Part shown: positions 10,752 to 21,693 of the stretch, piece by piece
Layout: each line of letters opens with the position of its first letter
Numbering within the stretch: position 1 is the first letter of the stretch
NCBI GenBank assembly: GCA_030141605.1
Contig: JAQGDQ010000500.1
Coordinates: forward strand, 1-61,845
Direction of reading: 5' to 3'
Length of the DNA: 61,845 bases
Origin: Tubiluchus corallicola
Lineage: Eukaryota > Animalia > Priapulida
Position numbers and translations under genes: made by a program
The notes under the pieces: model-generated
Seen by the model: only the letters and a program-made list of their open reading frames with translations
Database searches by the model: none
What the model was told of the DNA's origin: nothing

Positions 10752-13172
10752 ATGAACAGTGATAATTTTGGTGTAGCCGTTGCTAACTTTCAGGCGCCTC
10801 CCGAGCTGCCTCGATCGTATCGTGCGAGCATCCCATTTAGTACCCCACCGAGTTCATCGCCTCGTTCCAGTCTACCCGTGTCGGTGTCATCGCCACGCTC
10901 CAGTTTGCCAAACAAATCTAGTCTAACAAATGAACGCGGCAACATTAGCGAAATTGCAAGCCATCCCATTTGGCAAGACTCACCGGTTTCTTCTGATGCG
11001 TCACCGGAAAAGAGACCTGAAACCGACACCTCTGAGAGGTGCACACCGACAGCTCCTCAAGTTGGAGATCAGTCAAGTGTAGTCCCTCCACTTTATGTCC
11101 AAGCAGGTCCATACCGCCCAAAAAGTCAAAGAGTGACAGAAGACATGGAGCAAGGTACTAGGGTTGCTGTAGATGATAGGCGAAATTGGGTACCTCCACC
11201 AGGAAGGTCCACAGTACCACAATATGCAGGATCTCCCGCAAAACCACCATCCAGGGCCTTTTATCGTCCCGCTGAAAATGTGGATGCAAGAGATTCACAG
11301 GATGCTATGGCAGCTGCGCTAACCGAACCACTGGATATTGACTTATCTAACCAAACTTCAGCTGAAGTGCACGAAAGTCTCATGAACCGACTGCTAGAAA
11401 TGGAACAAGCGGTGCAACACATGGGAAAAGGTGCTTCAGATTTTCGTGTCATGCTGAAGACGATGAAGAAGAAGAACCAGCAAAAACAATTCACCCAGGA
11501 TGATCTGGCAAATTACACGAGGCAGAGAAACGATTTCATACAACAAGTTGTCAATTTTAACAAAGCCAATCAAATGCTGCGTGCGCTAATGATCAATTTT
11601 CACCAACATGTTGCTACGAACGAAAGACTGGAACAGGAGAGGGACATGCTGTTAAGAAAAATGGAGATTTTTGACTGTGAAAAACGAGACCTGCATCAAC
11701 AAATAGGTGAATATGAGGAGCGCATGTCCGGTGCAGTAAGCGATTATGAAAGCCTTAAGGACGAATACCAACATTTGTTGCGCGAGCAGAATGAACAAGA
11801 AACTAACAAAATTGATATGGAAAACGAATTCACCCAAAAGCAGGCGGAACTAAACCATTTCATGTTGCATTACAAAAACCTGGAAAACGAACTTCAGAAT
11901 AAACTGAACGAAAACGACCGACTTTGGAAAAAGTGCGAAGAAAATGACGAAAGATTCAAACAAGAAGAGGCAGCCCATCAACAACAAAGTCTTGCTGATC
12001 AACGAAAAAACGAAGCTGCCCTGGACAACCTCAACACAAAACTTATTGGGGTGCAAAACCAGCTGAGACAGACAATTGAACAAGTGAAGGATTACAGAAC
12101 TCAGTGTGAAACATTAAATAACGAAAACAGGGAGTTGAAAGATGAACTGGCAGCGGTTCGAATGACGCCCGGCCGACAACCGGCATGGCAGGCCGAGGTA
12201 CAGCCAAATGAAGCAACCGTGGAGGGTACTATAAACAAACTTGCCGAAGTGGAGCAAAAATTAAACCAAACGGTGGCTCAAATAAACAACTACAAGTCCA
12301 TGTGTGAAGAGCTAACCCAGCAGAACAAACTACTAGAAGACAAACTGGTGTCTATTAGAGATTTTGTAGATATTAAACCCGACGTAAAACAACGACAAAC
12401 TGAAAGTAGTGAAACGCTAGCTGCTCTTAATCAGAAACTAGACGAAGTGAAGCGTCAATTGGATTACAGCACGACCAAGTCCTTGGCTCTCTGGACTGAG
12501 AAAACACAGTTAGAACTGGATCTAGAAGAAATGAAAAAATACGGCGGCCGAAAACCGCCAACTGATTTCGACGAAAGTTACGACCCCCATCTGGCTTCTG
12601 TTAATGAGAAACTGGTCGAAGTGAGGCGCCAGTTGGACGAAGCCACCCGACAGCGAGATCACAGCACGTCTCAGTCTTTGTCACTTTGGACCGAGAAACG
12701 ACAGCTGGAAATTGAACTGGATGCAATCAGGAAAGGCATAGGAGGTGACCTGGTCGGAGCGGCTGACCCTAACGTGCAATTTTACAAAAATCTGGCGGAG
12801 AAGGACAGACAAATAGTGGACTTGCAAGAGCGATTAGATGCTGTCAAAGCCGAATGTGATGCAGTCAAGGACGAATGCAATAAAATACGTGCTCGAAAGG
12901 AAGCTCTGGAGAAGGAGATGAACAACATCTTGCCCGCCGAATCGCTTGACCAAGCACAGGCGTCAGCTCCGGAAGGGACGTCCGGGGAGGCACCCAAAGG
13001 CGAATTGGTGCTCAACACCATAGAAGCTGAAATGCCCAATGGGAAAGGGTTAATAAAAGCGGACTTGAAATCCAGCGGTAAAGCCAAGCCCATTCAAATC
13101 GGAGACGAAACTTTCGTGCCAAAATTTTCTGCAGATGTGCAAGTAATGTTCTCACCATCGACCTCAACATAA
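10752..13172 (+). CDS. ODF2-like: ODF2/cenexin-like coiled-coil protein, paralogue 1 (806 aa, uninterrupted ORF)
   Basis: Long ORF with Ser/Pro-rich N-terminus and heptad coiled coil. WVPPPGRST, SLMNRLLEME, KQFTQDDLANYTRQR..NFNKANQMLRALM and ERLEQERDMLLRKM..DCEK parallel the recalled human ODF2 motifs WMPPGKSS, CLMSKLVEAE, KQMTCTDINTLTRQK..FEETNRTLRDLL and ERLMEQQGALLKRL..DSEK in the same order. Confidence 0.85.
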   Translation: MNSDNFGVAVANFQAPPELPRSYRASIPFSTPPSSSPRSSLPVSVSSPRSSLPNKSSLTNERGNISEIASHPIWQDSPVSSDASPEKRPETDTSERCTPTAPQVGDQSSVVPPLYVQAGPYRPKSQRVTEDMEQGTRVAVDDRRNWVPPPGRSTVPQYAGSPAKPPSRAFYRPAENVDARDSQDAMAAALTEPLDIDLSNQTSAEVHESLMNRLLEMEQAVQHMGKGASDFRVMLKTMKKKNQQKQFTQDDLANYTRQRNDFIQQVVNFNKANQMLRALMINFHQHVATNERLEQERDMLLRKMEIFDCEKRDLHQQIGEYEERMSGAVSDYESLKDEYQHLLREQNEQETNKIDMENEFTQKQAELNHFMLHYKNLENELQNKLNENDRLWKKCEENDERFKQEEAAHQQQSLADQRKNEAALDNLNTKLIGVQNQLRQTIEQVKDYRTQCETLNNENRELKDELAAVRMTPGRQPAWQAEVQPNEATVEGTINKLAEVEQKLNQTVAQINNYKSMCEELTQQNKLLEDKLVSIRDFVDIKPDVKQRQTESSETLAALNQKLDEVKRQLDYSTTKSLALWTEKTQLELDLEEMKKYGGRKPPTDFDESYDPHLASVNEKLVEVRRQLDEATRQRDHSTSQSLSLWTEKRQLEIELDAIRKGIGGDLVGAADPNVQFYKNLAEKDRQIVDLQERLDAVKAECDAVKDECNKIRARKEALEKEMNNILPAESLDQAQASAPEGTSGEAPKGELVLNTIEAEMPNGKGLIKADLKSSGKAKPIQIGDETFVPKFSADVQVMFSPSTST

Positions 13173-13696
13173 ACTACAATTAATGGCGCCCATTTACACT
13201 TCAGTATTTTATGACTCAACTAATCGATGCTTGTGTTAGTTACACTGAGAGCAAAATCTGTTGCCGTTACCTCTTAAGCGTTTGACATACATTATGGCTG
13301 CAGTGGTAAAAACTGGATCATTTTTTGCTGTTTCCTGGCAATTTCTTTTTGCAATTTCTCTTTGTACGTCACGTTTGTGTATGTGCACAGTTCTATGTAA
13401 AAATGGTATGAAAAAATCATTGTATGTTTCGTAGTTTCATCTTCACTTGCAATGTAAATGGACTCTAAATTTAGCCAAATTACGTTTCATTACAAATGTC
13501 ACCTATAATTTTAATTAGATTATGTGATCCAACGTATGATTATCATTATATTAATAATTGTTAATAACTCTAATAACATTTAGTTGTACTAGAAACGTGA
13601 TTTTTTGATGCATTGATTCTAACAAGATTCTAATAACAGAATACTGATAATTTTTGCAGAATTATAATAATTATTAGACCTATGCAAAACGTTTTC

Positions 13697-14110
13697 AATC
13701 ATACGTAAACTATTACATCGTAGCTTGGCACAGCGTCGTGGGGGAAAGCAGAAATCACATATCTATCAATGGTACAAAAGTTTCTTGCTGTCATTAATCT
13801 CATACGTAAACTATTACATCACAGGCTTGGCACAGCGTCGTGGGGGAAAGCAGAAATCACATATCTATCAATGGTACAAAAGTTTCTTGCTGTCATTAAT
13901 CTCATACGTAAACTATTACATCACAGGCTTGGCACAGCGTCGTGGGGGAAAGCAGAAATCACATATCTATCAATGGTACAAAAGTTTCTTGCTGTCATTA
14001 ATCTCATACGTAAACTATTACATCACAGGCTTGGCACAGTGTCGTGGGGGAAAGCAGAAATCACATATCTATCAATGGTACAAAAGTTTCATGCTGTCTT
14101 TAATCTTATT
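13697..14110. repeat. 102-bp tandem repeat, ~4 copies
   Basis: cttggcacagcgtcgtgggggaaagcagaaatcac... recurs every 102 bp. Confidence 0.96.
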
Positions 14111-15207
14111 GGTACAGTAACTCTTCAGTTGAAGAGCTTCAATTGTAGTTCTTGTGTTTGATCAGCCATCAAATGTAGAATGTTCAACTGATTAATAACA
14201 TAATGTATTAGACTTTAATGTGAAAACTGATGAATTAAGAGCATATTGGCTTGAAAACTGGAACTGGACCACAAGCGGTTAAGTCTGTATGGAAAGTAAA
14301 AAGGGTTATTGGCGTTTTAAACGAGCTTTATCAAACAGATGGCGTAGTTTGTTGCTCTTGGAAATGAAATTTCTATTTTAAGCAGTAGTTTTCGTCCAGT
14401 ATAACTAACTTCGAGTGACAGGGTATACGAAAACCAATGCTAGATTCTAGCTTGCATTGCATTGAACTGAATAAAAAGGTGTAGTAAGACTAAAATTTAG
14501 TCCAGTATCACTTGATTTTCATTTTAGAAGCATAAATCATTTGTACTACAATCAATGACTGCTATATTCCAACAAAATATTGTAGTGTTTCATACCTTAT
14601 TTCAATTAAAATAAATAAAAAAGGCCATTTTACAAATTTGCATTTAATTCTGTAGTTCTAGACTTTACTAAACACAAAATCACGCATTAAATAAACCTAA
14701 TTTGTTAATTTTACTAATTTATACGACGTTCTATCGAATTTGTAAGATTGTCATTCATTAAACTAAAATGTTCAAAGTGATCAGTTCATAATGATTCAAA
14801 ATAATACAAAATGATGTATTTACTTACATCGTATGTCTCCATAAAGCAAATCTAGTATTTACCAATATATCTGACAAATTATGCCACTATCATACTGTGA
14901 AAAACTCCATTTAAAGAAGCCTGTTAACGTCTACCAACTAACTCACTTGCCCAGGTAGAAACAGATCTGCACAGGTGAGTTACCGTGGTCACGTGACCAA
15001 CGCGAAATTCCCTACATCATTAATATTCGTAAATGCAGAAATTTAATAGTCTTGGAAAGTAAGGTACCGTCAATTATGTGACTGGCAGCATAGAATAAGT
15101 CATAAATGAACTTTTAGCTACAGTGCAAGTGAACAATACGAGTGTCGTAATGATTGCTGAGTCAAGCAATATGCTCAGTTTGATTACTTTCAGTACTTTG
15201 GTACATG

Positions 15208-15580
15208 TTTTCTTCTTCTTCTTCTTCTTCTTCTTCTTCTTCTTCTTCTTCAAAATTCCATTATACCTGTTGTAGACATTGAGGTATCAACATTTATCAG
15301 AGTGTTCCACCCACTTCTATCTGCAGCTAACAGCGTAAGTTCTTCTACTCCTAAAGATAGATTTGGTTGAAGCTGTTGAACATCTTTATTTATCTTAGCT
15401 ATCCAAGTTATTTTAGGTTTATCAGGTGTTTTTTGCAAGGGTTTAAAGCTTTTTTAAGGCGGTTCTTACTGGTGCTTCATCTGGTAATCTCCGAAGACGT
15501 CCTTGACTTTTGAACTCCAATAAATTTCTTTTCTTCTGGTCTAAAAATCTTCATTTTTGATTATGTTTTCACCTTAGGTA
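15208..15580 (-). mobile_element. LINE 3' end with (GAA)n tail
   Basis: RLPDEAPVRTAL...KPKITWIAKINKD...LAADRSGWNTLI is a typical RTE-like ORF2 end, followed by the short tandem tail. Confidence 0.75.
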
Positions 15581-15609
15581 TTATTCGTGACATCATTGTG
15601 TAAGAGGGC

Positions 15610-15639
15610 GTTTGTTGTAGCAACTGTTGTCATGGACAC
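15610..15639. promoter_or_regulatory. Double X-box-like element upstream of paralogue 2
   Basis: GTTTGTTGTAGCAAC-T-GTTGTCATGGACAC, same architecture as the sites at 10513 and 21133. Confidence 0.55.
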
Positions 15640-16172
15640 ACTGCAAGCCATCCCCAACCTGCCTTGATCACAGAATCATTTGTTTACATTGAGTTGGCAT
15701 GGCGTGAGTGTCAGTGTGGCATTACTCGGAGGGTTCCTGTAACAAATTTGTATTCGCCAGTGTTAGCCTATGGTAAAAATGGATCACTGAGTCTGCCATA
15801 TGGACATGCTAGATTGGATGAGTACTAATTTTGATGTAGCTATAGCAAAAGTATAAACTTCTGTTCTGTGTGTTCTGTTTACAACCTCAGCAAGCAAAAC
15901 TTTTTGTTTTATTCACACTTAAATGGACGTAAATTTGACGATTTACACAGTTATCTGTAAGTAAGTCACAGATAACTGTACACAGTTGCTGTAAGTAAGT
16001 AAGTGAAGGCATTTCACACAGTAGTCCATCAAGTGCTCAAGAGTGACCCACACTTGTTGCCGATGCATCAAAGGAGAAGGCATCGTCCAAAAGGGCGCAA
16101 TCACGTCGGGTGTGCGTTAAAGGCGGCACAGCTTCAGAGTGGCAGCTGTTGTATCAACTTCATGCTCTCCAA

Positions 16173-19100
16173 ATGAATACAACAAAAACTCTTCAAGGGG
16201 GAGGTCAGGTGGAATACCTGCCAAGTGTGAATAAACCACCAAAACCAGTTGCGTCAAGAGGTCAGCACAGAACAACAAACACAAATCCATCACATGGCAA
16301 CACAAAGCAAAGCATTACAGTGAAAAATAAAGACAATGTACAAGTGATAGACAAGCAAAAATGGATAGCCGCTTCTGAAGGAACCACACCGTCCACAAGT
16401 CGTAACCAAACAGGCACAAAGAATCTGAATTCAACGCGAACCGACGTGGAAAAAGTTACGGTAACAAAAGTTAATGGCAACGTAGTTGTGGTGGACAAGC
16501 AAAAATGGGTAGATCCACCTGGAAGAGCCACGTTGGTCACAAGTCCTAATAAAATGCGTTCAAAGAGCCCTGATTCAGTTTTTGCTGATGTTGATCAAGG
16601 TACAACAACAAGAAATAACGACAAAGAAGCAACTACTGTACATACAGTTTACAGTCCAACACGTCCAAAAACCACAAGTTCAGCAAGGAGTGATAGAACA
16701 GCGACAGAAATACAAAAACGTGTACATCCATCTGGAAGAGCCACATCATCTGCAAGTGACAACCAAACACGTCCAAAGAGTTCTAATCCACCACATACCG
16801 ATGTGGAGCCAAGCACTGTAACAACAAATAAGAGCAAAGAAGTTGCAGTGGACAAGCAGAAATGGGTAGATCCACCTGGAAGAGCCACATTGGCCACAAG
16901 TCCTAACCAAGTACGCCCAAAGAGCCCTAATTCAGTTCGTGCTGATGTTGATCAAGGTACCACAACAAGAAAATTTGACAAAGAAGCAACCACAGTACAA
17001 ACAGTTTACAGTCCAACACGTCCAAAAACCACAAGTCCAGCAAGGAATGATAGAACAGCGACAGAAATACAAAAATGGGTACATCCACCTGGAAGAGCCA
17101 CGATGACCACAAGTCCTAACCAAATACCCCCAAAGAGCCCTAATTCAGTTCGTGCTGATGTTGATCAAGATACCACGGCAAGAAATTTTGACAAAGAAGC
17201 AACCACAGTGCGAACAGTTTATAGTCCAACACGTCCAAAAACCACAAGTCCAGCAAGGAATGATAGAACAGTGACAGAAATACAAAAGTGGGTACATCCA
17301 CCTGGAAGAGCCACGATGACCACAAGTCCTAATAAAGTACGCCCAAAGAGCCCTAATTCAGTTCGTGCTGATGTTGATCAAGGTACCACAGCAAGAAATT
17401 TTGACAAAGAAGCAACCACAGTACGAACAGTTTATAGTCCAACACGTCCAACAACCACAAGCCCAGCAAGGAATGATAGAACAGTGACAGAAATACAAAA
17501 ATGGGTACATCCACCTGGAAGAGCCACGATGACCACAGGATCTAGCAAAAAACATCCAAAGAGCCCTAATGCAATTCGGACTGATGTGGAGCAAAGTAAA
17601 ACAACAAAAGGCAAGGACAAAGAGGCTCCAGATGACAAACAAGATGCACCTGAAAAAACCACACCACCCCCTGCTAATGTAAACCACACTCTAGCAAATG
17701 ACAAAGTAGAGCAAGATGCATGTCCATCAACAAGTAAGAAAGCAGTGATAGATGAGCAGGCATCAGTATTGCCCACAAGTCATGGTTCAACAGAGCAAAC
17801 AGTCAGTGCTGAGGAAGGTATAGCACCATCTAGTGACAGAATAGAAGAACAAAAATCAGTGAAGTACCATGAAACGACCACATCACCTACAAAACGAGAT
17901 TTAAAACGTCCAAAGAGGCCTACGGTAAAAGAAACCAGCGTTGAACAAGACTCTGAAACAAATAGGGGTGATGGAGGAGAAGCAAAGGATTCGTCCAAAG
18001 AAACCACTTCAACGCCAAGTACTGAACCAACGTTTACAAAAAGCCCTGTCTCACAACCTCGTGCTAAGCTAGAGCAAAGTGCAGTAACAAGTGGCAAAGT
18101 GGCAATGACGGACAAGCGGAAGTGGGTTGATCCTCCGGCAAAAAGTACACTGCCCGAATTGCCACCTGGAACAGCACCGACTGAAAGACCGTCGTCTAGG
18201 GGTTATAGGGGGATCTATAGAGAAATGATAGGCGTCCATGATTCACAAGATGCTATGGCAGTTGCACTGGATGAAGCTTATGAAGCCGAGAGAGACATCA
18301 TTGCAACCAAACCAGCCACCTTTGAAACTGAGACAGACATCATTAGAAATCAACAAGTCACCTTTGAAACTGAGAGAGACATCATTGCAACCAAACCAGC
18401 CACCTTTGAAACTGAGAGAGACGCCATTACAACTAACAAAACCTCAGCTGAAATGTACGACACTCTTCTAAAAAGGCTGCTGGAAATGCAAGCAACAGTG
18501 GAGCAGGTGACGAGCAGTAATTCAGATTTTCGTGCAGCTTTGAAAAACGTGAAGAAAATAGCACGCCAGAGAAACTTTTCAAAGGATGATTTACTGTACT
18601 ACACAGAACAGAGAAACGACTTTATACAGCGAATTGTCCTCTTCAATAAAGCTAATCAACTCTTACGCCCACTGATGGCTAATTTTCATCAACAAGTTGC
18701 CACCAATGAATGCCTCGAAGAGGAAAGAGAGATCTTGTTAAGAAAGCTGGAGAAATTCGATTGGGAAAAGAAAGACTTGCACCAACGTATACACGAGTAT
18801 GAAGAGCGCATGTCTGAAGCAACAAGTCACTACGAAAGTTTCCAAGATGAACGACAACGTTTAGTACACCATCAAGAAGAGCAAGACAACAACAAAGAGG
18901 AATTAGAAACTAAACTTACCGTTAATGATGCGGAACAGAATCATTTTATTTTGCACTACAGGAATCTAGAAAAGGAGCTTGACAATAAGTCTATAGAGAA
19001 TGATCGACTGAGGAAAAAGATAAAAGAAAACCAGGAAAAACTAGAGCATGAAAAAGAATCTAACGAACGGCGGAAACTTGCGCAGCGGTTGAGAAAAAAA

Positions 19101-19253
19101 GAGATCTCGGAAAGTATTAACGATAAGATTGCAGACGTTAAAAAGCACTTGAACGAAACTGCTGGAGAAGTGAATGAATACAAAACTGAGTGTGAAACAT
19201 TAATTGGTGATAACAAAATGTTAAGAGAAGAATTAGCAAAAGTTCAAGCGTAG
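16173..19253 (+). CDS. ODF2-like: ODF2/cenexin-like protein, paralogue 2 (~1026 aa; expanded Thr/Pro-rich N-terminal repeats, truncated C-terminus)
   Basis: First in-frame ATG at 16173 (the track starts at an upstream GTG); core DSQDAMA..LLKRLLEM..FSKDDL..QRNDFIQ..FNKANQLLR..HYRNLE shared with the paralogues. Confidence 0.82.
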   Translation: MNTTKTLQGGGQVEYLPSVNKPPKPVASRGQHRTTNTNPSHGNTKQSITVKNKDNVQVIDKQKWIAASEGTTPSTSRNQTGTKNLNSTRTDVEKVTVTKVNGNVVVVDKQKWVDPPGRATLVTSPNKMRSKSPDSVFADVDQGTTTRNNDKEATTVHTVYSPTRPKTTSSARSDRTATEIQKRVHPSGRATSSASDNQTRPKSSNPPHTDVEPSTVTTNKSKEVAVDKQKWVDPPGRATLATSPNQVRPKSPNSVRADVDQGTTTRKFDKEATTVQTVYSPTRPKTTSPARNDRTATEIQKWVHPPGRATMTTSPNQIPPKSPNSVRADVDQDTTARNFDKEATTVRTVYSPTRPKTTSPARNDRTVTEIQKWVHPPGRATMTTSPNKVRPKSPNSVRADVDQGTTARNFDKEATTVRTVYSPTRPTTTSPARNDRTVTEIQKWVHPPGRATMTTGSSKKHPKSPNAIRTDVEQSKTTKGKDKEAPDDKQDAPEKTTPPPANVNHTLANDKVEQDACPSTSKKAVIDEQASVLPTSHGSTEQTVSAEEGIAPSSDRIEEQKSVKYHETTTSPTKRDLKRPKRPTVKETSVEQDSETNRGDGGEAKDSSKETTSTPSTEPTFTKSPVSQPRAKLEQSAVTSGKVAMTDKRKWVDPPAKSTLPELPPGTAPTERPSSRGYRGIYREMIGVHDSQDAMAVALDEAYEAERDIIATKPATFETETDIIRNQQVTFETERDIIATKPATFETERDAITTNKTSAEMYDTLLKRLLEMQATVEQVTSSNSDFRAALKNVKKIARQRNFSKDDLLYYTEQRNDFIQRIVLFNKANQLLRPLMANFHQQVATNECLEEEREILLRKLEKFDWEKKDLHQRIHEYEERMSEATSHYESFQDERQRLVHHQEEQDNNKEELETKLTVNDAEQNHFILHYRNLEKELDNKSIENDRLRKKIKENQEKLEHEKESNERRKLAQRLRKKEISESINDKIADVKKHLNETAGEVNEYKTECETLIGDNKMLREELAKVQA

Positions 19254-19681
19254 CAGTTGAATTAAAAAAGCAAAAAGGGAAACCTTCGGGCAGCTTTTGT
19301 AATGGAGTTTACTGGCATGGAGCCAGAGATGAACAAACGAATTGCAGAATGTTGAAATAACGTTGTGTAAAAACGATAATTGAAACTTGAAACCCAAACC
19401 GAAGTTCATCCATTGAAAGAAGCCAATTAGTGGCTAAATTTTCAGCAGTTATAATGGCAATTGCTTGCACCTGAACGTTTTAACAAAAAAAATTATAGTA
19501 TAGAAAAGTTTTGGCTATGAGTTTTATTTCTAATAAGAACAGTTAAAGTCACTTATGCTAATGTTAGTTCTGAAATTTTATATTGTAATTGCTTTACAGC
19601 GTTTGTACGATGAGTCCTTATTCCAAAACTGTAAGCTTGCAGCTTGGTATTTACTGCAAATTTTAAGACGTTAATTTTAGT

Positions 19682-19878
<197 letters not shown>

Positions 19879-20459
19879 TTTTATCTTTATACGCAGTTAG
19901 TTTTGCTGCCTATGTCTATAACATATTTAAAGACTTTTTTATAATTTGTGTCACTTTATACGTCTACCATAACACCATTCTCTCCTTTTTCTTTAACTTA
20001 TCTTTTCTGCTGCTTAGACAACAATAATAATAATAATAATATAACATGTCTATGGCCCAGAAGCCTGAAGTACCTGCATTCTTTTCTAATGACATTCGTG
20101 TGATGAAGAACACAATGTTAATTGTTTATTCAAAGTGATCACATCAATATATGCCTTCTCATCACTACATCAAAGGATAAATTCGAGTCACCTCTACTAT
20201 TTGACATGCGACGCATATGTTGGGACTCATTAATCACCTTAGAGTGTCATTTGCTAACGAGAAAAAGTATGAAATGATTAATGTCAACGCAACATAAACT
20301 TGTGTGATTAGATTTCTTGATATTTAGGTCATCCAGGTGGAGCCACTTGTATATTTCACACTTGTGGGGTAGCTGCCAGAATGAAATCATCAACTTAAAA
20401 TTAAATAATTGAGGGCCTCATTGGAAACCACTGAAGGAGCTACCCTCATAACATATTAC

Positions 20460-20855
20460 AATGAATGAATGAATGAATGAATGACTGAAATGAATGAATG
20501 AATGAATGAATGAATGAATGAATGAATGAATGAATGAATGAATGAATGAACGCACGAATGAATGAATGAATGAATGAATGAATGAATGAATGAACGAATG
20601 AATAAATGAATGAACGAACAAACGAACGAAAGAACGAATGAACGAATCAATGGTTAGATGGATGAATGAATGAATGAATGAATGAATGAATGAATGAACG
20701 AATGAACGAATGAATAAATGAATGAACGAACAAACGAACGAACGAATGAATGAATGAATGGATGGATGGATGGATGAATGAATGAATTAACGAACGAATG
20801 AATGAATGTATGAATGAACAAACGAACGAACGAATGAACGAACGAACGAACGAAA
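20460..20855. repeat. (GAAT)n/(GAAC)n microsatellite
   Basis: Directly visible. Confidence 0.97.
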
Positions 20856-20869
20856 GCAATTCATAAAGC

Positions 20870-21065
20870 TGAAATCGATGCGTTTCAAAGGCGAAATTGC
20901 AGAAACATTTTGGGTATTAGATGGCCAAAGAAAATCTCAAACAAAGATCTATATGAAAAAATAAAAGAAGAACCTTGGACAAGAAAAATAAAAAGACGTC
21001 GTTTAAGATAGATTGGGCATATGCTTAGACTACCTGATGATATTCCAATGAAGATAGTTGCAATG
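20870..21065 (+). mobile_element. LINE ORF2 C-terminal fragment
   Basis: IDAFQRRNCRNILGIRWPKKISNKDLYEKIKEEPWTRKIKRRRLR*IGHMLRLPDDIP; same family as 40760-41010. Confidence 0.85.
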
Positions 21066-21097
21066 GGTGATTCATGGAATAGGTACAGATTGGCAAG

Positions 21098-21162
21098 GTT
21101 GCTATGACGCATGACGTAACTGGTGTGACGACGTTTGTTGTAGCAATTGTTGCTATGGTGTT
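21098..21162. promoter_or_regulatory. X-box-like cluster (plus TGACGT half-CRE) upstream of paralogue 3
   Basis: GTTGCTATG (21098) ... GTTTGTTGTAGCAAT-T-GTTGCTATGGTGTT (21133-21162); spacing matches the paralogue 1 promoter. Confidence 0.5.
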
Positions 21163-21693
21163 TGTAACTTCTTGGCGGAGGCTTGGCATGATGTGAACAT
21201 CAGACTGAAAGGCAGATTTTGCCACAGATCTCCACTATTTAAGGCAACCAATGGGAACAAGTCGTTAGTTCCAAGGCTTGTACCTACTTGGTCAGCTCGT
21301 GGGCTTGTAGCGATTTGGGTGCCATCAAGGGTCCTGCCTCCTGGTAAGAAGTATTGATCAGTCTGGCTTGCCATCTGAGTAGGACAGAGGTTCTTCCAGT
21401 TTCCAGTTTCCGAGTCTGACGACCTTGTAAGAAGAATTTTGCATCTATGTTTCTAGCTGGTGTACCATAAATGTCTGAAGCTGTATAATTGCACACTAAA
21501 GACCGCTAAGTTCATAGTTTTGAAGACCATTTTTCCAAATTTTTGTCTGTTGCATCTTTCGTGGTGAATAGACCCAACACAGTGTGCCATCAGAACTGTC
21601 TGTATCGAAATATATGTTGTCCACTTTAATCATTGTCATCAAAAGGTGATTATCATTTAAGAAGCCTAAATTCAACTTAAACTGAATATCAGT

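Noticed and set aside
13697-14110. 102-bp array (also the 58-bp array at 36112 and 75-bp array at 56195) as CRISPR-like or repeat-protein genes
   Set aside because: Head-to-tail units with no unique spacers, no cas genes, eukaryotic context; ORFs in several frames arise from periodicity
16110-16172. GTG start for paralogue 2 given by the ORF track
   Set aside because: Eukaryotic gene; the first in-frame ATG is 16173, although an upstream exon cannot be excluded
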